Assembly (NCBI RefSeq): GCF_006345805.1
Contig: NW_021831717.1
Span: forward strand, 1-34,443
Direction of reading: 5' to 3'
DNA from: Octopus sinensis
Taxonomy: Eukaryota
Length of the DNA stretch: 34,443 bases
The translations under genes were made by a program, and so were the position numbers. The number at the start of each line of letters is the position of its first letter. Position 1 is the first letter of the stretch. This document shows, one piece after another, positions 1 through 12,404 of the stretch. The notes below the pieces were generated by a model, which saw only the letters and a list, made by a program, of their open reading frames with translations, ran no database searches and was not told the DNA's origin.

Positions 1-41
1 CTACAATACCTCGTGGGTATTTGAAATTATCTTCAAAGTGG

Positions 42-1069
42 GTTAAGAAAATTTACAAATTTACATATCTGCAGCTTTCAAACATACATCCGATCGGCTT
101 TAAAAACTTTAATACCCACAACTGCCTCTGTAAGCACCCTTTTTTTTCTTCTCTCTAAAAACATCACGCTTTTCTTTTTGTGGACTTGCAAAACCCTAAA
201 ACTTTCTATGAAAATCTGACTTTTCTTTGCTTCCTCCCAGAATATTCAAATATAAATGTAAACGTATACTCTTTATTGCAAAAACACACCTGTTCTTCTA
301 ACTGGACATACAAACATCTCTAGAGGGGTCAACTTCAACCTCCACAATATTACCTTGCACGAAATATACAAACACTTTTTATTGCAATAACACAAACGCA
401 CATGGAAAAAATAATGACGCTAAGATTCTCTCTGGTCGAACACAACTTCTCTATTCACAAATAATACAGAACAGCCCTTCCAAATAAGCACGAAATATAC
501 AAACACTTTTTATTGCAATAACACAAACGCACATGGAAAAAATAATGATGCTAAGATTCTCTCTGGTCGAACACAACTTCTCTATTCACAAATAATACAG
601 AACAGCCCTTCAAAATAAGTTAAGAAAATTTACAAATTTACATGTCTACAGTTTTCAATCATACATTCGACCAGCTTTAAAAACTTTGATACCCACAATT
701 GCCTCTGTAAACATCCTTTTTTTCTTTTTTTCTTCTCTCTAAAAACATCACGCTTTTCTTTTTGTGGACTTACAAAACCCTAAAACTTTCTATGAAAATC
801 TGACTTTTCTTTGCTTCCTCCCTGAATATTCAAATATAAATGTAAACATATACTTTTTATTGTAAAAACACACCTGTTCTTCTAACTGGACATACAAACA
901 TCTCTAGAAAAGTCAACTTCAACCTCCACAATATTACCTTAGAGGAAATATACAAACACGTTTTATTGCAATAACACGAACGCACATGGAACAAAAAAAT
1001 GATGATGCTAAGATTCTCTCTGGTCGAACACAAGTTTTCTATTCACAAACAATACAGAACAGCCCTTCC
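42..1069. repeat. Nested tandem duplication (A-B-B-A-B; A ~315 bp, B 131 bp)
   Basis: GTTAAGAAAATTTACAAATTTACA starts at 42 and again at 619. Block B (GCACGAAATATACAAACAC...CAGCCCTTC) occurs at 357-487, 488-618 and ~945-1069. Confidence 0.9.
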
Positions 1070-1154
1070 TTAATTTTTCTTAAGCCTAATAGTAGTAAAC
1101 ATCTGAACTTTTTTTGACCGATAGGACCGCACCTAAAAAATAAAAAATATCACT

Positions 1155-1537
1155 GATGGTGATGGTGATGATGGTGATGATGATAATAATGATAGTAATA
1201 GTGCTGATAATCTATCTATCTATCTATACACACACACACACTCAAAGAGTTCAACCAACACAAAGAAAGTATTATTTGACAGGCAAGAACTCTGGTGTTG
1301 AAGACAGTCAGCCAGCCAACCACCAAGCCAGCCAACGAGACAGACAGACACTACTGTGATGGTGATAATGATAAAAAAATCAAAAATAACAATAATAAGA
1401 TACTGCTGTGACTACACATAAAACAATATCATTGATGATGATGGTGGTGATGGTGATGGTGATGAAGATAATGATGATGGTAATGGTGGTGATAATGATG
1501 ATAGTGATGGTAATGGTGATGATAATAACAATAATAA
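1155..1537. repeat. Compound microsatellites (GAT/GGT/AAT, CTAT, CA)
   Basis: Directly visible simple repeats just upstream of the retrotransposon. Confidence 0.9.
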
Positions 1538-1585
1538 GCCGACTACGGCTGCAATAATGGTACGATTATAATTGTAACGACAATG

Positions 1586-4500
1586 ATGGCCGTCTCCCCA
1601 CGAGCCAATCAAAGCTAAAAAATGACAACATTATCGTAGCACCAAAATGTTTTTGGAAACTAAAAGGGAAACTAAATCAGTATACCAAATCGCTTGTCCT
1701 ATGGTTAATCTGGAAGCGCGTCCCCCAGGGAAGAGCCAGCCTGGGATCGAAAAGTCATCAACTGGCACAAACTCTTCTCCGAATACGGACATGGATGGTC
1801 ACTTGAACGGGAAATCCCCCAACTCGAGCCCTCCAAGTTCACCACCACAACCACCACAAAGAAAAATGTAAGCGGAACAAATGGACCCGAGAAGAGTATA
1901 AAGAAGTAATATACGCTTATTACTATGCATTAGGTAGGCCATCTCAAGAGAGACACACCGCAAACTCTTACAGTATATGGAGAACACGGAATCAAGACAG
2001 TAGGCCCTATTTGGACGAGAACAAATTAGCAAATGTGAGGAGGGATATCCTTAGAAATAACAGACTCACAGACAGTGAAATAAACGCGATCAAGCACGCA
2101 ACGGAAAATGACATAAATATAAGACACAAAGGAAATGAAGAATCAGATGAACAGTATAGCCCGCCACGAGGCTTAATTGAAAGACTGCCATCTGACCAAA
2201 GTACGCAAAGGCCTGAAGATACAAGAAATTCTATTGTACCTGTTAAAGATAGCCAGGAAAACGAAAAAACAACAGTAACTGAAGATCTCGCATTTGCTGA
2301 AGAACACAGAGAGTCTATGGCAGAAATGAGGCAGAAAATCCTGAATACGCTTGAAGTTGTAAGACATACAAGTATGAATGACAGAGAACCGCTTCATAAA
2401 CTCTCAAATACAAACCAAAATAAAAAACAAATCCAAATTGGCAACTATGTAACAAATGAAATAATACGAGAATTAAAACCTGATTTTACTGAGTTAAATG
2501 AAATTATTTACGCTTCTGCTAGGGCAATTGAAACCAGCTGTATGCCCCCGAAAAAACAAAGAAAACAAAACCTGGGAAGAAATCAAACCTGGAGAAGTAA
2601 AATTGAAAAAGCGATTGAATTTATGAGAGGGGAAATATCAATATTAAATGAACTAATATGTGGAAATGATGTAAGATCCAGAACAGGAAGAAAGATGAAG
2701 AGAAAATTTGGATCCTCACCAAGAGAAGAACTGATATCAATAAAAGAAACGCTGAAACAAAAAGTCCAAGCAAAAGCCCAAAGAATACGAAGATTTGAGA
2801 AGAGAAACAAGTTTTACAAGCAAAATAAGCTGTTCACATCCAATGCCAAAAAATTCTACAGAGAAATAGGGAAGGAGAAAGTAACCGCTAAAGAACCCCC
2901 TCCCATGGAAGAAGTTCAAAACTTTTGGAAAAGGATTTGGAGTGACAAGAAGACGTACAACATAAATGCAGACTGGATTATACAAACTGAAAGATCCTAC
3001 CAAAATTTACAACAACAATCATGGGAAGACATCACAATAGCAGACCTAAGAAAGGCACTCACGAAGGCCCATAATTGGAAATCCCCCGGTAAAGATAGGG
3101 TGCCGAATTTCTGGCTCGCATCGCTCCCATGCGCACACGGTAAGCTAGTTCAGCTGCTCAATGGAATTATGAGAGACCCAAAGAAAACACCTGAATGGTT
3201 AGCAAGTGGCATTACTTACCTACTCCCAAAGAATAACGAAACCAACCTTCCAAAAACTATCGGCCTATAACCTGTCTATCCACCACGTATAAAATCCTAA
3301 CATCTATCCTGGCGGAGAAAAAATATGCATTCATGGAGAAGAACGATATTTTCCCCATTGAACAAAAAGGGTGCCGCCGAGGCTCTTACGGATGCAAAGA
3401 TCAACTGCTAATCAATCGTATGATCCTTGAGAACTGTCACAACAAGCTCAGAAATCTCAGCACCGCATGGATTGACTACAAAAAGGCCTTCGACAGTATA
3501 CCGCATCCATGGATCTTGAGATCGCTGGACATCTTCAAAGTTTCCCCTGTGATTTCAAACTTCCTGAAGCACAATATGTCGTTGTGGAATACGAATCTCC
3601 AATTACACCACTCTAATGGAGTACTTGCCTCAGAAAATATAAACATCAACTGTGGAATTTTTCAAGGTGACTCACTTTCACCTTTAATATTCTGCATAGC
3701 CCTAATACCCCTTACAAGTGAATTAAACAGAACAGGGTATGGGTATAAAATTGCCAATAAAAAAATAAGCCATGTATTTTATATGGATGACTTAAAACTT
3801 TATGGTAAAGACAATAATGAACTTGAAGGCCTATTGCGCACCGTGAAAGCATTCAGCGATGACATCGGGATGGAGTTTGGACTTGAGAAGTGTGCCAAGG
3901 CCACTTTCCAGAAAGGGAAAGTGAAGACCACAAATTCAGTCGTGTTAGATGTTGACACAGTCATAAGAGAGCTTGAGCAAGAACAAACATACAAATATTT
4001 AGGGATAAATGAAGGCTCTGGTATTCAGCATGCAAGCATGAAAGAGAAAATCAGGAAGGAATGTTATAGGAGAGTTCGTGCAGTCCTGAAATCTGAACTA
4101 AATGCACGTAACAAGGTGTTAGCTATAAATTCCTTAGCAGTTCCAGTTGTTACTTAGAGCTACAATGTGTTGAACTGGAATATGAGTGAAGTAAAGAATA
4201 TAGATAGAAAAATACGCAAGCTGCTGAGTTGTAATAGGATGCACCACCCAAAGGCAGACGTAGATCGCCTTTACCCTCCCAGAGCCCAAGGAGGTCGAGG
4301 CCTGATCCAATTTGAACTAGCTTACAAAACAACCACAATTGGACTGGCCAAATATCTCGAAATATCGAATGACTGGATGCTAAAGCTCGTGGAAAATCAC
4401 GAGAGACGAAAGAAGCTTCATTCTATCATCAAGGAAAGCAAAAAATTTGCTATTGATCTCGTGCAGGATACCCAAACTGAACAACCCGAGGGATGTACGG

Positions 4501-5498
4501 CAACTATTGTTGCAAAGAAGGTGAAAATGATGGCAATGAAAAAAGCGCACGAGCAATTGGCTGATAGGTGGGAGGAGAAACCTCTGCACGGCAAATATGT
4601 GACCCGCAGCAAACAAGCTGATGTTGACCAGAAGCAAACCCATCAGTGGCTACGGAGCTCAGGGCTAAAAGCAGAGAGCGAAGGTTTCATCCTGGCTGCT
4701 CAAGATCAAAGCCTATTAACCCGGAACTACCAGGCCAATGTGATGAAAAATGGAGCAGACCCAAAATGCCGATTCTGCAACGACATGATTGAAACAGTGG
4801 ACCACCTAATCTCTGGATGTAAAGTCTTAGCACCAGTGGAGTATAAATTAAGACATGAGAGAGTTGGCCAATATCTCCACTGGCTAATAAGTCGGCATTA
4901 CAATATCAAAACTGCCGACAAGTGGTATAATCACCACCCTGAGGCTGTAACTGAAGGAGAAAATGTAACCATTCTGTGGGACTTTCCAGTACATACAGAC
5001 CGAACCATCAAGGCCAATAAACCAGATATTGTTGTGAAAGACCAAAACAATAAAGTTTGCTTATTGATCGACATGAGCATCCCCTGTGATCATAATATCT
5101 CAGCGAAAGAGTTTGACAAGCTCAGAAAATATAAAGACCTACTCATTGAAATTGAGAAAATGTGGCATCTCAAGGCGGTTACAATACCAGTGATCGTAGG
5201 AGCACTAGGAATGATCAAGAAGGGAACCGAAAATTATATGAGAATGATCCCTGGCTTACCATCCCTGCAAGAAGTGCAAAAGATTGTCTTAACTGGTACA
5301 TCACACGTATTGAGAAGAGCATTGTCGATGTAGAACTGTTGCTGCTCATGTATTTTAATTTAACTTTAAAAAAAAAAATGAACGAACTACTGAGTTTGGT
5401 TTAATGGCCTACCAATGTATACTATGAGTTTCTTTGCCCTAGGAGTCGGGAAGACACTCGGCAAGAAATGGAAACAAATTTGAAAGAAGAAAAAAAAA
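1586..5498 (+). mobile_element. R4/Dong-clade non-LTR retrotransposon (Myb-like + RT + CCHC + restriction-like endonuclease), near full length
   Basis: Single interrupted ORF, a ~165-nt 3' UTR, an A-run and then a (TAA)n tract from 5499. The 5' boundary is approximate. Confidence 0.9.
1647..5333 (+). pseudogene. Interrupted ORF of the R4/Dong element (~1,230 aa when repaired)
   Basis: N-terminal Myb-like KWTREEYKEVIYAYY...ENKLANVRRDI (frame of 1861). RT motifs WKSPGKD, NYRPITCL, EQKGC, WIDYKKAFDS, GIFQGDSLSP, FYMDDLK, YKYLG. Zinc knuckle CRFC...HLISGC. RLE motifs RH...KPDIV...IDMSIP...KLRKY. Lesions: +1 A near 1862-1866, -1 A near 3252-3256, in-frame TAG at 4155-4157. Confidence 0.92.
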
Positions 5499-5518
5499 GT
5501 AATAATAATAATAATATA

Positions 5519-5553
<35 letters not shown>

Positions 5554-5844
5554 TTAATAATAATAATGGTTATGCTTCAAGAATTCTTCGCTGCGTTCTT
5601 GAAGAATGACCAGTAAACAAGTATCATCTAATTCTTATGGCTGTCGTCAACTGACACTTTCCATCATACCCAGCAAAATAAGCTGAGTTTTCATATAATA
5701 ATAATAATTATAATTATAATGATAATAATAATAGTGATAATGATAATAGTAATTATAATGATAATAATAATAGTGATAACGATAATAGTAATTATAATGA
5801 TAATAATAATAATAATAGTAATACTACTACTAATATTAATAGTA

Positions 5845-5883
<39 letters not shown>

Positions 5884-5888
5884 TGATG

Positions 5889-5930
<42 letters not shown>

Positions 5931-5962
5931 TAATAATAATAATAATGATAATAATAATAATA

Positions 5963-5996
<34 letters not shown>

Positions 5997-6020
5997 GGAT
6001 GAGATGATGATGATGATAAT
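5499..6020. repeat. (TAA)n tail/target tract and downstream (TAA)n/(GAT)n microsatellites
   Basis: Directly visible. Confidence 0.95.
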
Positions 6021-6104
6021 AGACCATTCATGATAGTGTTTCAGAAGACTTAGATTTCTGCTTCTTAGATTTCTATTCAGATTTCTGTTTAGGTTTAGGA
6101 AATA

Positions 6105-6400
6105 TTGGCCAGTTTTAAGCAACCGCAGACATTCTCGGAATCTCAATTTAGTTCCTCATTAGAGTACTGCTCACATCTATGGAAGAGTTTGCTGCTATAC
6201 GCACACACACTCACACGTAAATACACACGTATGTACACAACAAAGGTACAGCACACACGCACACATACACATCACACAAGCAGATATTCTCTACCATAAA
6301 CAAAAGTGGTTCGTCCAGCTGAATGACAAATATTATTTCACAAAGACACTCTAACTTCCCCACGCATCCCCTCCAAAAATCCAAAGATCAACTTCTCTAC
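6105..6400 (+). mobile_element. Highly decayed CR1/L2/Jockey-type LINE C-terminal remnant
   Basis: Translates to ...SSLEYCSHLW, resembling the RPxLEYCSxxW motif near the end of such ORF2s. Short and interrupted by CA repeats. Confidence 0.35.
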
Positions 6401-7392
6401 TTTAATAAAGCAGCTTATTTATTAGCTGAGGATATGTAACTGTTACTAAAGAAAGCAATTTGAATGTTGACGTATGTATCAAAATGTCGTTCCTAGATTT
6501 ATTTTATTGATGGAAATTTCTGCTTTTTTTCACTGCGTCACGTTGCCGGATGGAGGTTTTTAAGGCCTTTTTTTAACTGCGGAAATATAAAAGATACCCA
6601 AATTATTTGCAAATCTACTTTCTACAGACATATCAGCAACAGCATTTTTCAAATTACAAGCTTAATCAGGCGTCAGCGAAACTATATCACTGACAATATC
6701 CTTTTATATTTGTTGAAGGAATTAAAAACCCGAATAGGAAAAATGATTGTAATTTACTTGATTTCACCAAATATACACTTGTCTTATTGTCTTTCAAATG
6801 AGTATTTCTCACGCCTTGCCTTCTTCATAACTTCCAAGAAAGTAGATATTTTTAAATAAAATTTTATTCAAATAAATTTCAGGTGACGTAGATTGCGATT
6901 AACCTGGAAGTTATTTTGATTGATGTAGAATACAATTATTTTAGAAAAATCATTTTAAGACCTATTCCACCTATCTCCATTTAGAATTTGTTAAATGCAT
7001 ACGTTTTCCATAAAAGGAAATTTTCAGAGATACTGGCTTAATTCAAAATATAATGAAATTATCAGTTGTGAATTTGTTGAAACGGATATTTGTTATGCTA
7101 CAGGCCTTAGAACAAGCCAACTTGATCTCTGGATTCATGCTGTATCTAGCATACTAAATGACCACGTCCATTGTGTTTTTGTCTAAAAGTGGGAGGTTAA
7201 GCGGTAATACCTGGTTTCTTCATAAAGTCTAACACCGTATTGGTGAGAGCTTGGTATGATTCTGAATTTGGTTACTGAGTGGGATTAGACGACTAATCTG
7301 GGTAGGATTAGACGAATAAAAGATACAAAGGAATATGCCAGAAAAATGACACAACTTTGGAATCAAATATGTGAAAATAATTTAACGACTGC

Positions 7393-7508
<116 letters not shown>

Positions 7509-7827
7509 AGACGGAGTCACTTCTGTCACTACTCTTTTCCTCTACTTTTTCTGAATTGCAAAGCTATAAATTAATTCTACTTAAACACACGAGATAGATT
7601 ATTCCGCCCCCCCACTCCTTTATCTCGTGTCATCATTACAGTGTGTCACTTAAATATTCTTCTCTATAATATTTATCCAGTTACTCTTCATCAAAGTGAC
7701 AATATTCTGGAATTCTTTCCTCGACCTGCATCGATCTGATCAGCCTGTGAAAACCCCACGAACTGACAGATGTTGTTTCTCTGTATTTGAACAATTTATA
7801 AAAGAAAATAGAAATTGAAATACTTAC

Positions 7828-7949
7828 CTGAAACAAACATGAATTATTATTGTAAAAACAAGACAGACGAATGAAATTCCAAAGCCAGCGTTGGATACAA
7901 TAGACAAGTAATTTGCATTTTCTTTCTCTCCTTCCTTTTGGTAGACATC
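7828..7949 (-). CDS. aGPCR exon: Stachel linker + TM1 (DVYQKEGEKENANYLSIVSNAGFGISFVCLVFTIIIHVCFR)
   Basis: Acceptor ttttctcttgtag and donor gtaagta; 122 nt, phase 0 to 2. Matches the secretin/adhesion TM1 pattern LSxISxxGxxIS. Confidence 0.92.
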
Positions 7950-8738
7950 CTACAAGAGAAACCAAGAGTTTAGCCTCCTCCTACTCCACCTTCCTTATAT
8001 GTCAGTTAACACTTATACAAGGAGGAGTTTGTGTATAATACTGGTGTAGAAAGTGGTGACCACTGTATGCTGCATTAATAATGTTCCAGGCGATGCTGAC
8101 ACCAATAGAAACAACATCAATGACCTGACTATTTAATCTCAGTCTTCGTGATGTCAGGTGATGGCAGAACTGGCATGGAGTGAATTAACATGTGCCTTTA
8201 GATCAGCTTTTCCTTTAGGCCGAAATAGTTACCATAGACAGCGGTACTGTTTTATTGTTGTAAATAGCAGTGGTACTGTTTGACTGGCAGATATTTGGAT
8301 ACATGTGTATTACTGACATGAATGTTTCAAGTGAACAAATGTCATGCACGAGAGGAGAGATCTTCTAACAGAATCACGAAGAGACCAAATGTTTAACGTC
8401 TGCAAACCAAGCATGTCTCAACACAAATGAAGATTTTTTAATTCAAGAGGGATGATTCCCCTTCACATCAACAGCGGAGGAATTTCTATACATTACATTG
8501 AGAATGGTAGTTTCGTACATCTAAACGGAACCATCCGGAGTATAAAGTATAAACAACAGCAATGGCAAGAAGAACAAAAGTAACTTTTTAAAATATATCA
8601 ACCTTATACATTTACCAAGATACTCTGCATCACAAAGTGCAGTGGATATGTTATTATACAACTCCTTAAAATTAGTAAGGCATAGATATAACTGGCAAAA
8701 ATTACAATTAATTGATAACTTGTCAAAATATTACCAAC

Positions 8739-8888
8739 CATTAGTACGGCAAAACTTTTAAGACGGTCACAGGAACAAGTTACTTCTTTTCCAGGTATAT
8801 AATTGGACACATTGCAGCCGTTTAGGGACCAATGGGGATCCAATCCCGAGCTTTCATCCCAGTAAACACATTGTGGTTTGTTAGCATT
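8739..8888 (-). CDS. aGPCR exon: GPS motif (NANKPQCVYWDESSGLDPHWSLNGC...TCSCDRLKSFAVLM)
   Basis: Acceptor tttgtttcag and donor gttggt; 150 nt, phase 0 to 0. C-x2-W...W-x3-GC...CxC-x-x-L-x-SFAVLM GPS signature. Confidence 0.95.
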
Positions 8889-9284
8889 CTGAAACAAATT
8901 AAAACCTGATAATTTAATCAAATTACTTGGTAATTAGAATATATGTAATTATAATGTGACTCGTTAGACTTAGAAAACACCGAACAAACGATGGTTGTCA
9001 ATGCTTGGTTGGTTTTGACATTGTGAAGTCCATATCAGATGCTGTGACCTAGTTTAACTGACCTTTTCATCTCGCTTATAAATCTGTCTTTTCTCATGAT
9101 TTACACTGCACCGTCATAACAATGGATGAAAAATTCATTGAATGGAGTAGTTCACGAAATATTTAATGAAGTATAAAACGACGTGGTGGTCAGGAATGGG
9201 ATGTGTTTCACCATAGGTCGACTGGGTTACGGATGACATGAATATAAACAGCAAAAGCAGCAATAATAAACACACAGCTATTAC

Positions 9285-9413
9285 CTGGTTTATTAAATTG
9301 AAGGATATATTAATTGGTTCATCAAGGTTGCTTATTGAAATGTTCGGGATACTTGTAGCAAGTACATGGCTGTTAATTTCAGTATTTCCTTTGGCACTGG
9401 AGTTTTGTGTTAC
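9285..9413 (-). CDS. aGPCR exon: GAIN-B (VTQNSSAKGNTEINSHVLATSIPNISISNLDEPINISFNLINQ)
   Basis: Acceptor ctcttcacag and donor gtaata; 129 nt, phase 0 to 0. INSxV...NLxEPIxIxF is typical of GAIN-B. Confidence 0.92.
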
Positions 9414-9550
9414 CTGTGAAGAGAAGTTATTAAGTAAATTAATCTATTCAATGGAAAACATTATTAAAGCATGAAACGATCAAACGTTAGGATTGTTGTA
9501 ATTAGACATCGTTACTTTAGCCAACAGCACAACTTCATAAAATATATACT

Positions 9551-9751
9551 GGTTTCAAAAGTTGGCACAAGGCCAGCAATTTTGTGTGTAAGCAAAGTCC
9601 ATTACATCAACGCCCGTACTCAACTGGTACTCATTTTATTGACTCCAAAAGAATGAAAGGCAGATTCGACATCGGCGAAATTTGAACTCTGAAAGTGAAG
9701 ACAGATGAATGGTTGTGAGCATTTTACCCAGCATGCTAACGATTCTGCCAG
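9551..9751 (-). mobile_element. Decayed tRNA-derived SINE (same family as 9789-10181)
   Basis: Reverse complement of the CTGGCAGAA..GTTAGCA head, GAGTTCAAATT B-box-like motif and CCTTTCAT core. Confidence 0.8.
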
Positions 9752-9788
9752 ATGGAAGTCTGACAATAATATAATATATACTACAAAA

Positions 9789-10181
9789 GAGCGGTGAGCT
9801 GGCGGAACCGTTAGCAGGCCGGGCGGATTGCTTAGTAGTATTTCGTCTGCCGTTACGTTCTGAGATCAAATTCCGCCAAGTCGACTTTGCCTTTCATCCT
9901 TTCGGGGTCGATAAATTAAGTACCAGTTACGCACTGGGGTCGATATAATCGACTTAATCCGTTTGTCTGTCCTCGTTTGTCCTCTCTGTGTTTTGCCCCT
10001 TGTGGGTAGTAAAGAAATAGGTATTTCGTCTGCCGCTCCGTTCTGAGTTCAAATGCCGCCGAGGTCGACTTTGCCTTTCATCCTTTCGGGGTTGATAAAT
10101 TAAGTACCAGTTGCGTACTGAGGTCGATTTAATCGACTGTCCCTCCCCCAAAATATCGGGCCTTCTGCCTAGAGTAGAAAA
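9789..10181 (+). mobile_element. Dimeric tRNA-derived SINE with 16-bp TSD
   Basis: Head GAGCTGGCGGAACCGTTAG and two copies of GTTCTGAGTTCAAA...GTCGACTTTGCCTTTCATCCTTTCGGGGT. AATATATACTACAAAA flanks it at 9773-9788 and 10182-10197. Confidence 0.9.
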
Positions 10182-10411
10182 AATATATACTACAAAAAAT
10201 ATCCCATCTCCATTGACAGTTGTACTTGTTCTAAGGAACATAAAAGTTTTTTGCATTGAATTTTTTTTACATAAGGGCTGCCGGTATTTAAGAAATCTCT
10301 TGGTAATCAACGAATCCTGCGTTCAGCCTCACTGCTCAGCACCTTGATTAAATAGATTTCTAACACTGACGGTCGATAAATTGGTCTGTAATCCGCTTGT
10401 GATTAAAAAGG

Positions 10412-10698
10412 TGTATATATATATATAAGTGTGTGCACGCGAGTCCCGTGTGTGTATGTGTTTGTGTTTATGAGTTTGTATGTGTGTGTGCGAGTGTGTG
10501 TGCATGTGTTTGCGTGTGTGTGAATGTGTGTGTCTTTGTGTCTGTCTGTAAGCGTGTAGTGTGGACGCATAGCCAAGCGGTCAGGGTGTTGTAACATGGA
10601 AATAAAAATACACTCAAGTTTTCAGTCTTTGCTTTCGTGCATGTGTGTGTGTGTGTGTATGTGTGTACGTGCGTGTATGTGTGTGCGTGTGTGTGTGT
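10412..10698. repeat. (TG)n-rich microsatellites
   Basis: Directly visible. Confidence 0.9.
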
Positions 10699-10899
10699 CA
10701 TGACTCTTCATAGGCACAACAAAATTTGATTCAACACACGAATTCACATTAAAAATCTGGCAAACTAAATAAAGTCTATACATGTTCGGGCTGAATCTGA
10801 TAATTTGCATAAAAAGAAAGACAACACGATGTCTTGTCCAAAAACAAAACTATTCTTAAAAACTCAAAAAAATATCCACCAGTTTATTGCTGGGAGGAA

Positions 10900-11380
10900 A
10901 CTGTCTACTCAAACTAGCTCCCATCAACTTCTACCATGACCTCGAGACAACTCTGGAACCTAGCTCATGCGCTTCTCACAGGGTTAATGGAAATGTTTTT
11001 GAAAACCTCCTTGATCCTAGCCAGCAGCTTGCTGTTACAGGCAGACAGGTTGATGTTTTTCACAAACAACCACTTCTGACTCTTTCCGGAGATATGGCAA
11101 GTGGCCATTTGCTGTTGTCACACATGACGCCTTTGAGCAGCAAACCTCGCCAGTCAGTAGCCGCCTGAATCCTGCCTAAGGTCCTGTTCAAAGATGCGGA
11201 GATGAATTTTCGGCGTTTGGACGCAGATAGATTGCATAGTGTATCCCTTCCTGCTGGTCACTTCCTTGTAGTATCCATTGCTGCTGTCCATGCCACAGCC
11301 TTTACAGTGTTCACAGAGCAATGAGCAGCAATCGTGATGTTGGCATTTTGATACTAAGGGCTTTCTTCAGCTTCCGCCTA
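10900..11380 (-). mobile_element. Internally deleted Tc1/mariner-superfamily (maT/DD37D-like) transposon remnant
   Basis: The minus strand gives KLLARIKEVFKNISINPVRSA*ARFQSCLEVMVEVDGS*FE* (C-terminus) and V*QQQMATCHISGKSQKWL (decayed WQQDxAPxH). It has stops and deletions. Confidence 0.6.
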
Positions 11381-11589
11381 CCATATCCACTTACAAGGAT
11401 GTGGTATGCTTGGGGTTATACTAAAAGGAACTTCCCCAATATGCCGTGCACACTTACTGGACCCAAGACCACACAGTTGGTTCTCTGAGCTTCTCAACAA
11501 TACGTATATATACCATAAGAATACATATGTCTGTGTACATGTGTACGAAAATGCATATATGTAAGAGTTATCATCTTCATGATGATTGT

Positions 11590-11770
11590 TATTTAGCATG
11601 TTTTCCATGATGGCATGGGTTGGATGCTCGGAAAGGATTCCACAAGCCCCAGGAGCGCATCGGCCTATAATGTCGGCTTTGACATTGGTTTCCACAGCTG
11701 AATGACCTTCCTAATGCCAACCACTTTACAACGTGGACTAAGTGTTATTTCCGCATTACCAGCCCAAGTA
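11590..11770 (-). mobile_element. Decayed RTE-tail-type SINE/LINE 3' end
   Basis: Minus-strand GTGGTTGGCATTAGGAAGGTCATTCAGCTGTGGAAACC resembles RTE-type 3' ends. A related plus-strand remnant lies at ~12660-12770. Confidence 0.45.
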
Positions 11771-12404
11771 AGGTTACCAAGTAACTTGTAAAACAAAGAA
11801 TAGAAAAGAAAATCCCCCTTGGCAGCGAGGAAGCATATTTGAGAAAATGTGGGTGGCATAATGCCAGTTTCTGAAGGTTAAATTATGATGGAGAGACAAG
11901 CACAGGAGTCTGAGAAGAGAGGAGATGCAGGACTACCACGCTCTGTATGTGTGTAGGTAGCAGTAAGTGAAAGTAGGATGTAGACGTTGGTAACGAGGTG
12001 TCTAGATGCATCATCAAGGTACAAGAAGATAAGTATATGAGGGTATCCAGGCGGTGGAACACGGGGAAAGAAACCTGTGGGTCAAGAGAGTGTAAAGACA
12101 GGTGGTAAAGATGAGGCAAGAGGTTGAGTGTTTAAGTGATGAACGAAGGTGGTGTGGTTGATGGTTAATGTCATCAGAATGGAGTGTTGGGGAGAGAGAG
12201 AGAGAGAGAGAGAGAGAAGAGAAAGAGAAGTGGATCAAGAAGGTGGAAGTGATGGTGGTGGCACGGGAGTCATTGAAAATCGATTTGATGAATGAAAACT
12301 GAACGAAAACTGTCATATACACACACGCGCGCTCACGCATGCATATACGCATGTGTGTATATATTTTTATGTTTGTGAATGTATGTGTGTTTGTCTTTGC
12401 TCTC

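Noticed and set aside
1538-1646. HDV-like ribozyme at the 5' end of the R4/Dong element (TCCCCAC and GCTAA motifs)
   Set aside because: I could not build convincing P1/P2 pairings; it needs a covariance-model search.
5576-5605. Small inverted repeat CTTCAAGAA...TTCTTGAAG after the (TAA)n tail
   Set aside because: A 9-bp stem in AT-rich DNA, compatible with chance.
5691-6146. Poly-I/Y/L/H ORFs here and at 7308-7597, 19021-19404, 23650-24144, 29338-29772
   Set aside because: Microsatellite translations with no coding evidence.
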